Shown: in pieces, positions 9,213-17,804 of the stretch
Layout: each line of letters opens with the position of its first letter
Numbering within the stretch: position 1 is the first letter of the stretch
Assembly: GCF_018336915.1 (NCBI RefSeq)
Contig: NZ_CP064923.1
Location: 1,950,001-1,982,000, forward strand
Length of the DNA stretch: 32,000 nt
Source: Acaryochloris marina S15
Lineage (GTDB): Bacteria; Cyanobacteriota; Cyanobacteriia; Thermosynechococcales; Thermosynechococcaceae
Direction: 5' to 3'
Program-made: the position numbers and the translations under genes
The notes under the pieces: generated by a model
What the model saw: only the letters and a program-made list of their open reading frames with translations
What the model was told of the DNA's origin: nothing
Databases searched by the model: none

Positions 9213-10187
9213 TTAATCAGGACTGAGTCCTTTGGCCTGCAGCCAGTCTGGATTAAACAACTTAGACTGATAGCGAGTGCCGCTATCACAAAGCACCGTG
9301 ACGATGGTATGCCCAGGTCCCATCTCCTTGGCAAGGGCCACCGCTGCGCCCACATTGATGCCAACAGATCCCCCTAGGAACAAGCCATCTTCTCTCAAAA
9401 GTTGATAAATGACCCGCAGCGCTTCAGGGTCATCCACTTGAACTGCATCATCGATGGGAGCCCCTTCCAAATTAGCCGTGACCCGGCTGTTGCCAATGCC
9501 CTCAGTGACGGAATTGCCTTCCGGCTTAATTTCTCCAGTCTTGACATAGCTATAGAGACCGCTGCCCATGGGGTCCGCCAAAATAGTTTTGAGATTGGGG
9601 TTTTGTTCTTTGAGATAGAGGGCTACCCCGGCATAGGTGCCGCCAGTTCCAGTTGAAGTTACCCAGGCATCGATCTTGCCATCGGTCTGTTGCCAGATTT
9701 CGGGGCCTGTGCCCTCATAATGGGCGAGACGATTGGCCAAATTATCGAATTGGTTGGCCCATACGGCATTGTCTAGCTCATCGGCAATCCGACCCGATAG
9801 TTTGACATAGTTATTGGGATCACGATAGGGCACCGCTGGCACGGCCCGCACTTCTGCCCCCAATAGCCGCAACGCATCCATCTTCTCTTGGGACTGGGTT
9901 TCAGGGATGACAATTAAGCATTTATAGCCTTTGGCATTGCAGATATGGGCGAGGCCAATTCCGGTATTGCCTGCCGTGCCTTCCACAACTGTACCGCCGG
10001 GTTTAAGCACCCCTCTTTTTTCGGCGTCATTGATCATAAACAAAGCCGCTCGATCCTTGACGGAACCGCCTGGATTTAAGAACTCAGCTTTGCCCAAAAT
10101 TTCACAGCCGGTTTGCTCACTGAAACTATTGAGGCGAATGAGGGGAGTGTTGCCAACTGCGCCGACAAAGCCGTGTTTAATGTCCAT
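9213..10187 (-). CDS. Cysteine synthase / cystathionine beta-synthase family PLP-dependent enzyme
   Basis: GNTPLIRLN...LNPGGSVKDRAA (the PLP lysine motif)...GTAGNTGIGLA...TSTGTGGTYAGV are hallmark fold-type II PLP motifs of the CysK/CysM/CBS family. Confidence 0.9.
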   Translation of the reverse strand: MDIKHGFVGAVGNTPLIRLNSFSEQTGCEILGKAEFLNPGGSVKDRAALFMINDAEKRGVLKPGGTVVEGTAGNTGIGLAHICNAKGYKCLIVIPETQSQEKMDALRLLGAEVRAVPAVPYRDPNNYVKLSGRIADELDNAVWANQFDNLANRLAHYEGTGPEIWQQTDGKIDAWVTSTGTGGTYAGVALYLKEQNPNLKTILADPMGSGLYSYVKTGEIKPEGNSVTEGIGNSRVTANLEGAPIDDAVQVDDPEALRVIYQLLREDGLFLGGSVGINVGAAVALAKEMGPGHTIVTVLCDSGTRYQSKLFNPDWLQAKGLSPD

Positions 10188-10398
10188 GGTCGCGGAAAAG
10201 ATTTACATATTTGCCTATCTTCCCACGACATGCACGGCTGTGACCAAGGGTTATGGGTCTGCTACCCCGGTGTTTGCCAAAATTGAGAAATTCCCCAAAC
10301 CGAGGGTGCAAAGGGTCTGCTGTGTATGTTACGCTACTAAACTGTCGGTGTTTGATGAAAGCTAACCCGTTTCAGTCATTCTCACCAACCGACTATCT

Positions 10399-10471
10399 GG
10401 CTCAGTAGCTCAGTGGTTAGAGCAGGGGACTCATAAGCCCAAGGTCGGCAGTTCAAATCTGCCTTGAGCCA
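10399..10471 (+). tRNA. tRNA with CAU anticodon, most likely elongator tRNA-Met (tRNA-Ile2/lysidine not excluded); no encoded CCA
   Basis: Hand-folded cloverleaf. Acceptor GGCTCAG/TTGAGCC, with one G-U. D arm GCTC-AGTGGTTA-GAGC. Anticodon loop CTCATAA. Variable loop AGGTC. T arm GGCAG-TTCAAAT-CTGCC. Discriminator A. G1:C72 is paired, so it is not an initiator. The anticodon stem has only 3 Watson-Crick pairs (see findings). Confidence 0.9.
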
Positions 10472-10709
10472 TTTCTAAAATTTGTATGAGCTGGAGGCTT
10501 GCTTGGAAGATTGCTTTCAGATAGGGTTCAGCAGAAATCATCGTTCTGTGAGACTTCTCTCATTACAATTAGGCTAGGCAGTATCAAGACTCCTACTCTA
10601 CAGTTTTCGCTGATTCGGGTTTGAACTCCTGCCCCATCAAAGAGAAGGAAATGATCTGTCGGCAACTTCTCAAGGATTGAACCCCATTCAATTTCGTAAT
10701 GAACTCAGC

Positions 10710-10856
10710 ATGGCACCCCAAAAACGCGACTTACCTACTAAGATTTGCCCAGTTTGTGGATTGCCGTTTACCTGGCGCAAAAAATGGCGAAATTGCTGGG
10801 ACGACGTTATTTACTGTTCTGAGAGATGCCGCAGAAATCGTCAGTCATCGTCTTAA
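10710..10856 (+). CDS. DUF2256-type small zinc-ribbon protein (48 aa), absent from the supplied ORF track
   Basis: My translation is [48 protein letters not shown]. The CxxC...WRKKW...YCSxRCR pattern matches the DUF2256 family as I recall it. It lies in a different frame from the listed 60-aa ORF 10699-10881. Confidence 0.7.
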   Translation: MAPQKRDLPTKICPVCGLPFTWRKKWRNCWDDVIYCSERCRRNRQSSS

Positions 10857-10886
10857 CTCCATGGGTTACCCAATTCTTTGAGAAAT

Positions 10887-11216
10887 TCAGTGGGCATAAC
10901 CCACTCGGCTGAGTCCTAGAATACGAAAGATTCTGGCTTCTATGTCTTGGAGCTGTTCAACTGTGCTGGCATAGAGGCTGTTTTGGCTGCGAAGATGCTG
11001 ATGGACTTTGACTAGCAGTTCTAGTTCACTCATCATTTGAGTGGTTTCTGTCTCATTAGGGTAGAGACTGGCAATAATGCGATTGATATCGGCGGTGGTA
11101 TCAGCAATAAGCTGAGTCCCATGAGCAACGGCGGATTTGAACTCCTGACCCTGTTGTTTAATCAACTGACGAATGTAATAACCGGTGGTGGCTAAAAGTT
11201 GGTGTTGAGGCATCAT
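10887..11216 (-). CDS. Hypothetical protein (109 aa, predicted all-helical, no TM)
   Basis: Clean ORF with a tandem ATG start and coding-like composition. I recognise no family. Confidence 0.45.
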   Translation of the reverse strand: MMPQHQLLATTGYYIRQLIKQQGQEFKSAVAHGTQLIADTTADINRIIASLYPNETETTQMMSELELLVKVHQHLRSQNSLYASTVEQLQDIEARIFRILGLSRVGYAH

Positions 11217-11497
11217 GCTAATCAGTCCTGTAGAGGTGGATGAAGACGAGATGGAGCCTGAATCAGGCTGCTATAAGGGTTCTAATCGTGGTGGAGGCTT
11301 TTGTGATGTTCTGAGTATTGCAGGGTCAGTTTTTTGTTCTTGTTTGAGTCTGGGTTTAAGTTGTATAAGTTCGTCTCTCATTTCTGAAATTCATCTAAAG
11401 AGTCGGCAAAAAATGCTGAATCAGTCGATGTCCTTCGGTAATTTCCTTAAAATGTTGAAGAGGAAATGTCCGTAGCAGGTGACTTCAGTTTGATTCG

Positions 11498-12091
11498 ATG
11501 TCAAAGATGATGCAGATTGATCCAGCTGAGATCATTGCAGGGTACCGTCAAGGCTATTTTCTGATGGATAATGGTGATGGGTTGGGATGGTATTCCAGTC
11601 AGACCCGGACCGTTATGCCGTTGGATGATCGGTTTCGCTACCCAAAATCCCTCCGCCGGAGTCTGAACCAAAACCGATTTACGTCAGCGATCAATCGTGA
11701 TTTTTTTGGGGTGGTCGAAGGCTGTGCTAATCGCGACTCGACCTGGATCTCTGATGAACTGAAGATGATCTACATGTTGCTATATAAAGCTGGGTGGGCT
11801 TATAGCTATGAAACTTGGCAAGACGATCAATTGGCAGGGGGCATCCTCGGATTAGTGATTGGTGGGGTATTTATTGGTGAATCGATGTTTTTCCATATCT
11901 CCGAAGGCTCCAAAGCCGCGATGGTGATGTTGGTGAATCATTTGCGATCGCAACAATTTGCCTTGTTTGATGTCCAAATCACCAATCCTCATTTGGAGCG
12001 ATTTGGGGCTTACACCATTTCTGAAAAAGAGTACCAGCAAAACCTTCAAGCTGCGATTCAGCTTCAGCGGGCTTTTAAGTCGGGTTTATAG
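11498..12091 (+). CDS. aat: Leucyl/phenylalanyl-tRNA--protein transferase
   Basis: The pattern YRQGYF...W(Y)S...R.V.PLD.F...KSLRR...F....N.DF..V...CA......TWI..E....Y..L...G.A.S.E.W......GG..G...G..F.GESMF matches the Aat family. Confidence 0.8.
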   Translation: MSKMMQIDPAEIIAGYRQGYFLMDNGDGLGWYSSQTRTVMPLDDRFRYPKSLRRSLNQNRFTSAINRDFFGVVEGCANRDSTWISDELKMIYMLLYKAGWAYSYETWQDDQLAGGILGLVIGGVFIGESMFFHISEGSKAAMVMLVNHLRSQQFALFDVQITNPHLERFGAYTISEKEYQQNLQAAIQLQRAFKSGL

Positions 12092-15000
12092 GGGATTGCG
12101 ATTGTAAATGTGGTGCCTTGCCCGACCTGACTATCTATCTGAATGGTGCCTTGAAGAGACTGGGTCACAATGTTGTAGACAATATTGAGTCCCAATCCCG
12201 TCCCCCCTCGATGACGAGCAGTGGTGAAGAAGGGTTCATACACTTTAGAAAGATTTGCTGGCGGAATACCACAGCCATCATCGCTGTATGTCATAAAGGC
12301 CCGTTGGTCTTGCTGTTTAATTTGAATCTGTAACTGCCCTGTTTCACCTTCGGCGTAGGCATGCTTGATGGAGTTAGTTACCAAGTTCGTAATCAGTTGA
12401 GCCACTACCCCTGGATTATGGGTGAGGGTGATCCACTCATCTCCAGACACCCTCAGTTGGTGACCAGAATGCTTAACCTGGGGCTGAAGACTGGTCACCA
12501 CTTCTTCCACATAAGCTTTCAAATTGAAGGTGCGTAACTCCTGATGGGATTGATCAATCGCGACTTGCTTGAAGCTTTGAATCAGATCTGCAGCTCGGCT
12601 GAGATTACTGTTCAGTAGTTGGGTGCATTGGCGGACCACCTCTAGATATTGATTGAGAGTCGACCGCCTGAGTTGACCGTTCTCAGCTGCTTGCAGAAAT
12701 TGTTCACTCTCATCTGCGAGGGTAGAGGCAACGGTGATGCTAGTGCCAATGGGGGTATTGATTTCGTGGGCTACCCCAGCAACTAAAGTGCCTAACGCAG
12801 CCATCTTCTCTGCTTCGATCAGACTGACTTGAGCTGACTTTAACGTTTCTAGGGTTTCTGAGAGTTCTTGGGTGCGCTCTTTGACCCGCTGATCCAGTTG
12901 GGCGTTCAGCTGTTGCAGTTCAGCTTCTATGTCTAGTCTTTTGGAGAACAGTCGAGCATTCTCTAGGGCGATGGCTGCTTGGGAACAGAGGAAGTTGAGT
13001 ACGGTGATGCGATCGCAAGTAAATACCCCCGCCGTAGATTGGTTCTGCAAATACAACAAGCCACTGAGATTGCCTTGATATCGAATAGGTAAACAGAGAA
13101 CACTGCAAGGTTGATGTTGTTGTAGATAATCATCAAGGATGGGTAAGTCGATGTCTAAGTCATCAACAACCAGAACCTCTTGCGTATGTTGGACGTATTG
13201 AATGAGTTGAACAGGTAAGTTGGAGTTGCCAACGAGAGGTTCGTTCGTGAGTTGCGTCGTCTCAGGGATAGCAGTGGCTCTGATATGCCAGGAATCATCT
13301 GTTTCTGGTAGGAGCAATACTAAGCTATCTGCTCCAGAATTTTGCAATATCATCTGGGTGAGCTTTTCTAGTAGTTCACTTAGATTCAAGCTTTCTGAGA
13401 GAGCTTGGGCTCCTGCAAGAAGAGCTGCAAAGTCGAGACTAGTATTGAGGTTGGTTCGGTTCGAAGTAACTGAAGCTGAAGAATGAATCGATAGATTGGT
13501 ATCAACAAGACTGGCCAAGGTCGCAAGTGGATTGAGCGACTGCGATCTTGGCTGAAGAATAGGTTGGAGCAAATGAGTATAACGCTGTTCAAGATCATCA
13601 GTTTTGGCTTTTGCTCCCCAGCGAGCGTAGCAGCCGTAAGCTTCTTGTATATAAGCTGTGGCAGATTTATCTTTGCCCCAATCGAGGTAGAACTTTGCTG
13701 CTAGTTCATTCCCTAGTGCTTCTTCTTGGACATAACCATTTTCCTTCGCACCGGCAATAGCAAGCTCATAGGCATCAATTGCCTCCAGTTTTTGATCCAA
13801 TACTCGATGTCTTTCAGCTTTAACCAAGTCCACCTGATGCTTGAAATTCATCGGAGCATGGTGCGAAAACAGGTCCAATTTTTTGATGTCATTATCAACT
13901 TGAGACAAGCTATGGGTGCGTTCTTCAGCAGTACCTTGATTGAGGATAGCTAGACAACAGAGTGCTCGAAAATAGTATAAGTAAGAGATTTGAAATTCCC
14001 CTGTTAATCCGCTATTCGATTTATTGGCAGTTTCTGCAAAGCCAATCCCTAATAAAGGCTTGCCAAATAGATAGCTGACAACTAATTTATTGATGTAGAG
14101 TGCTGCAATCAAAACGTCGAAATTGTTTTCCTGCAAATTTTGTAGGCATTCAGATTCTCGAAAAATAGTTCCCTCAAGTTCCCAAGGTTTCTCGCTAAGG
14201 TTGATAAGATTTAGGGCTGTTTGATGGAAAATTTGGAGACTCCATAATATTCCGTCCTGCCGATAGGTTTCTAGGACTTTGCTATAGGTCTGGTTCTCTT
14301 GGTCGATAGTGGCTAAATTAACACCTGAAAAAAAGAGGAATTGAACATAGTGTTGGATACCATAGGCTGTATATTCAATGTCTCCAGATTCAATACCAAT
14401 GCTGAATCCATTTTTTAACGGAGGGATGCAGTCTTTGAGCAACCCCTTCCAAGGAGTAACATAGGCATAAATCAGGTTCCTGACCCGCATTTCAAATTGC
14501 TTAGTAGGGAAAGCCTCCATTACTGCTAGAGCTACTTCCCCTGCAAAGTAACCGGATTCAAACTTTTGAAAGCCACACAACAGCATGGCAAAAAGTGCAT
14601 AAATTGAAGCAGAAGCTGGGATATTACCGTGTTGTAGTAAGAGCGAAATTTGCTTGCAAATAATGATCGGTAAAAGTTCAGGCTTTGACTTATAGGCATA
14701 TCCCACCATCAGGGTTAGCAAATCTTGAGTTCTTAGCAACTGAGGATCGCTTGTTTGGGGTAGAGCAATAAACTCATCAATCGTTCTAGACTGAAATTCT
14801 GATAGAGTTTGACTCAGTTTTTTCTGGATAGTATCGTTACTGATTTCTGCTGACATTTGAATGCCCAGTGACTTCAAGACCTTGAGGGACAACTCTAGAC
14901 CTGACAACATCTTTCCCTGGGCTTGGTCACTCGCAATTTGGGCAATGTAAATGGGAAGCGTATCCGCAATCACAGAAACATGTTCTAATGCACTAGAGCT

Positions 15001-16203
15001 GATCGTCTCGACGGCTTCAAAGTCGCCCCTTAAATAATGAACATCCACCAACTCTGAATAGAGAGAAAGGATGAGAACATATTGAGTCTTCCACCCTTGA
15101 TCACTCAGTAGTTTAATCCCACTCTCAAAATACGAGACAGCTTCTGTATAGGCAATCGATGCTTTTGCTTTTTGACCTGCTTCTAGATTGAGCTGGGCTA
15201 GCTGTTGTCGCTGGCATGGATCATCAATTAAGTTAATCCCTTGATTGAGGCTATTAACAATATTAAAAATGCTGATTTTTTGATCTTGATCGATCCTCTT
15301 TTTATATAAAAGCTGACCGATCTTTAGGTGATATTCCTTTTTATCTTCTTCAGGAATCAGAGCATCAGCAGCTTGTTGGAAACGATCATGCATAAAGTGA
15401 TAGCTGACGGTTATGTCCTGTTTAATTCTGATGTCAGTATCATTATTGTTGTTTGAGAAGAACTTGTAGTCTTCGCTTTGTGAAAGAATCAAGCCATCAT
15501 TTAAGGCTGGCCATAAATCTGTCGCTATCTGCTCTTTATTGTCCTCACAGACCAAAGCCAAGGTATCCAAATCAAACTGATTGCCAATACAAGCCGCAAT
15601 TTTTAACACCTCCTGCGTGGACGCTGGTAAAGTCTGTAATCGCCCCACCATAAACATGACTACATCATCTGTGAGTGCTAACTGCTGCACCTGAGTCAGG
15701 TCACATTGCCAATATCTAGCTTCAGTATCAAAAGTGATTTGCTGATCACTGTGCAGTCCTTGTAAAAATTGGGTAGTAAAAAAGGGATTTCCTTGGGTCT
15801 TTTGATACACCAGCTCAGATAGTGGTAAAGCAATGTCAGGCGCACACAGAAGTGTATCCGCTACCAAATGATTGATGTCATTTTGGCTTAAGGACGCTAG
15901 AGCTAATGTTTGGAACGAAGAACCCTGCTGTGTCAGCTCATCCAATTGCAGCATCAGTGGATGGGCAGAAAATACCTCATTATCTCGGTAGGCTCCAAGT
16001 ACTAGCAAATAGTCTGTTTTTGATTTACCCATCAATAGATTCAGAAGGTTTAAGGAGGCTGAATCTGCCCATTGCAAGTCATCCAAGAAAATGACTAGGG
16101 GATGGTCTTGAGTGGAGAATACTTGAGTGAATTGGCCAACAAGTAAATTAAACCGATTTTGGGCGACGGTTCCTGAGTTCTGGTACGGTGGGTTGCTTGC
16201 CAA
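12064..16203 (-). CDS. C-terminal fragment: remainder of the NTPase domain, long helical (TPR-like) region, GAF domain, HisKA and HATPase_c
   Basis: It contains FLDDLQWADSASLNLL (Walker B), a roughly 800-aa helical region and a GAF-like segment (VLVVDD...CLPIRYQGNLSGLLYLQN). A coiled coil follows, then the H-box GVAHEINTPIG and the N/G boxes (NSIKHA...DDGCGI...GGTGLGL). The first ATG at 16203 is probably not a genuine start. Confidence 0.85.
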   Translation of the reverse strand: MASNPPYQNSGTVAQNRFNLLVGQFTQVFSTQDHPLVIFLDDLQWADSASLNLLNLLMGKSKTDYLLVLGAYRDNEVFSAHPLMLQLDELTQQGSSFQTLALASLSQNDINHLVADTLLCAPDIALPLSELVYQKTQGNPFFTTQFLQGLHSDQQITFDTEARYWQCDLTQVQQLALTDDVVMFMVGRLQTLPASTQEVLKIAACIGNQFDLDTLALVCEDNKEQIATDLWPALNDGLILSQSEDYKFFSNNNNDTDIRIKQDITVSYHFMHDRFQQAADALIPEEDKKEYHLKIGQLLYKKRIDQDQKISIFNIVNSLNQGINLIDDPCQRQQLAQLNLEAGQKAKASIAYTEAVSYFESGIKLLSDQGWKTQYVLILSLYSELVDVHYLRGDFEAVETISSSALEHVSVIADTLPIYIAQIASDQAQGKMLSGLELSLKVLKSLGIQMSAEISNDTIQKKLSQTLSEFQSRTIDEFIALPQTSDPQLLRTQDLLTLMVGYAYKSKPELLPIIICKQISLLLQHGNIPASASIYALFAMLLCGFQKFESGYFAGEVALAVMEAFPTKQFEMRVRNLIYAYVTPWKGLLKDCIPPLKNGFSIGIESGDIEYTAYGIQHYVQFLFFSGVNLATIDQENQTYSKVLETYRQDGILWSLQIFHQTALNLINLSEKPWELEGTIFRESECLQNLQENNFDVLIAALYINKLVVSYLFGKPLLGIGFAETANKSNSGLTGEFQISYLYYFRALCCLAILNQGTAEERTHSLSQVDNDIKKLDLFSHHAPMNFKHQVDLVKAERHRVLDQKLEAIDAYELAIAGAKENGYVQEEALGNELAAKFYLDWGKDKSATAYIQEAYGCYARWGAKAKTDDLEQRYTHLLQPILQPRSQSLNPLATLASLVDTNLSIHSSASVTSNRTNLNTSLDFAALLAGAQALSESLNLSELLEKLTQMILQNSGADSLVLLLPETDDSWHIRATAIPETTQLTNEPLVGNSNLPVQLIQYVQHTQEVLVVDDLDIDLPILDDYLQQHQPCSVLCLPIRYQGNLSGLLYLQNQSTAGVFTCDRITVLNFLCSQAAIALENARLFSKRLDIEAELQQLNAQLDQRVKERTQELSETLETLKSAQVSLIEAEKMAALGTLVAGVAHEINTPIGTSITVASTLADESEQFLQAAENGQLRRSTLNQYLEVVRQCTQLLNSNLSRAADLIQSFKQVAIDQSHQELRTFNLKAYVEEVVTSLQPQVKHSGHQLRVSGDEWITLTHNPGVVAQLITNLVTNSIKHAYAEGETGQLQIQIKQQDQRAFMTYSDDGCGIPPANLSKVYEPFFTTARHRGGTGLGLNIVYNIVTQSLQGTIQIDSQVGQGTTFTIAIPYKPDLKAR

Positions 16204-17467
16204 TAATGTGCTCTAGTTCAGGAATGACATCAATCAGAACTTGGCCACTTTCCCCCACAACCTCTAGAACTCGGGTCTTCCAATGCGCTAAATCGGAATC
16301 TGATTCCCCTAGCAGTTGGCCCATTAAACTACGAAACGCTTGCACAAAGGCTGAAAAAGGAATATTGCGGTTGAACTGATCAAATTTTCCCTTGATGAAA
16401 TAGCCCTTTTTTTGGGTAATCGGTTTGTGGACTTCATTGATGACTGCTGTTTTGCCTATCCCAGAAAAGCCTGCCACCAACATTAGCTCTGAACTCCCCT
16501 GAGCAACTCGGTCAAAGGCATCCAGCAGTGTTTTGACTTCAGCTTTACGGCCATAGAGTTTTTCCGGTATCAAGAAGCGATCGCAAACATCTCGCAACCC
16601 CAATTTAAAGGGCTCAATTTCTTCTCCTGCAGTCACCTGAGTCAGACAAAGTTCCAAATCATGCTTTAATCCCAAAGCACTTTGGTAGCGATCCTCAGCA
16701 TTTTTAGCCAGTAGCTTAGCAACAAGATTTGCCACAGCCCCTGGCACGCCAAATTCCGTTAGGGAAGGGGGGATCTGAGCAATATGGCAATGCAGCCAAA
16801 CCACGGGTTCATCCGCCTGAAAAGGCAGCTGCCCGGCAAACAGTTCAAATAGTGTGACGCCTAAGCTATAAAAATCACTTCTAAAATCAATCCCACGGTT
16901 CATGCGTCCTGTTTGTTCAGGAGCGATATAAGCTAAGGTGCCTTCCAAGGCATTGGGATTTTTGATCTCCTGAGTCTCTTTAGGTAGAAGTGAGGCAATC
17001 CCAAAATCAATCAGCTTAACCTGAAGGGTTTGGGGATGAAGCAGGATATTACCGGGCTTAATATCTTTGTGGAGGACACGCTGTTGACCGAGATAATGCA
17101 GAATATCTGCGAGCTGCAGGGCAATGGTTAACCCATCCTTTAAGGAGATAGAAGACTGCAGCATCTCAGACAGGGGAGTCCACTGCACGTCTTCCATGAC
17201 TAAGGCATAGGTTTGGTGGCAAGGCTCTAATGCCAGAATCTGGATAATCCCAGGATGATTAAGAGTCTGGCCGATGGTGAATTGATTCCGAAAAGCAAGG
17301 TGATCTGAAAACCTCAAGGCCATCTGAGGAGGCGTCGTTTTGATGACAACGGAGGTTTTCTCCTTCAAGCGCCGGGCTCTATAGACCAGCGTATTTTTCC
17401 CCTCATGCAGAATTTCGAGGAGTTCATACCCATTGGGAATGATGTTGTGAGGAATGGAGGAACCCAT
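16148..17467 (-). CDS. N-terminal fragment: Ser/Thr protein kinase domain plus the start of the P-loop NTPase domain
   Basis: Hanks kinase motifs VVIK, HKDIKPGNILL, DFG and APE are present, followed by LMLVAGFSGIGKTAV (Walker A). It ends ...IGKQPTVPELRNRRPKSV* after the frame change. Confidence 0.9.
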   Translation of the reverse strand: MGSSIPHNIIPNGYELLEILHEGKNTLVYRARRLKEKTSVVIKTTPPQMALRFSDHLAFRNQFTIGQTLNHPGIIQILALEPCHQTYALVMEDVQWTPLSEMLQSSISLKDGLTIALQLADILHYLGQQRVLHKDIKPGNILLHPQTLQVKLIDFGIASLLPKETQEIKNPNALEGTLAYIAPEQTGRMNRGIDFRSDFYSLGVTLFELFAGQLPFQADEPVVWLHCHIAQIPPSLTEFGVPGAVANLVAKLLAKNAEDRYQSALGLKHDLELCLTQVTAGEEIEPFKLGLRDVCDRFLIPEKLYGRKAEVKTLLDAFDRVAQGSSELMLVAGFSGIGKTAVINEVHKPITQKKGYFIKGKFDQFNRNIPFSAFVQAFRSLMGQLLGESDSDLAHWKTRVLEVVGESGQVLIDVIPELEHIIGKQPTVPELRNRRPKSV

Positions 17468-17804
17468 TGCAACAGAACCCCGTAAAAAGGATGTGATTCA
17501 AGTTTGTCCACCGAGGAACTATGCCAAGGCCACTGATCTATTAAAGATAGCGATCCTTTCTTTAGACTACAGCTTTGGATATTGGAATTTGTCACTCAGC
17601 TTACTGGACTCTGTTCCAACAGAAAATGGTGTTGCGGTCTGAAAAAATACGTCCCACGAGTAGTCATGAAACTTGAGTATGGATTTCACAACAATGCAGG
17701 AACCCCCTGCATTACCTTTCGTCAAAACTGGAATGGGATTTTATTGACCTGGGGAATACACAGTTCAACCTGTTCAATCCAGTCCTAAAAAAGGTGTTAG
17801 AAAC

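Larger units (their letters stand above)
12064..17467 (-). pseudogene. Hybrid Ser/Thr kinase - P-loop NTPase (AAA_16/STAND-like) - helical repeat - GAF - histidine kinase sensor gene, interrupted by a frameshift near 16172-16177
   Basis: The span is 5404 nt (3n+1). Two long same-strand ORFs overlap at 16148-16203. Walker A (GFSGIGKT) is in the upstream ORF and Walker B (LVIFLDDLQWAD) is in the downstream ORF. Skipping one base at CTC-A-GGA joins ...QPTVPEL to GTVAQNRFNLL... Confidence 0.6.

Noticed and set aside
9931-10365. 144-aa ORF antisense to the 5' end of the cysteine synthase gene
   Set aside because: It is a shadow ORF of a well-supported gene with no recognisable motif.
10600-10650. 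GGGTTTGAACTCC segment downstream of the tRNA, which could have been a duplicated tRNA 3' end (island att site)
   Set aside because: It does not match the 3' half of the adjacent tRNA and cannot form a T arm. No integrase or foreign genes follow.
11215-11475. 86-aa plus-strand ORF between the hypothetical gene and aat
   Set aside because: It is low-complexity and Ser/Cys/Leu-rich with no motif. It lies in a divergent promoter region and is not convincing as a gene.
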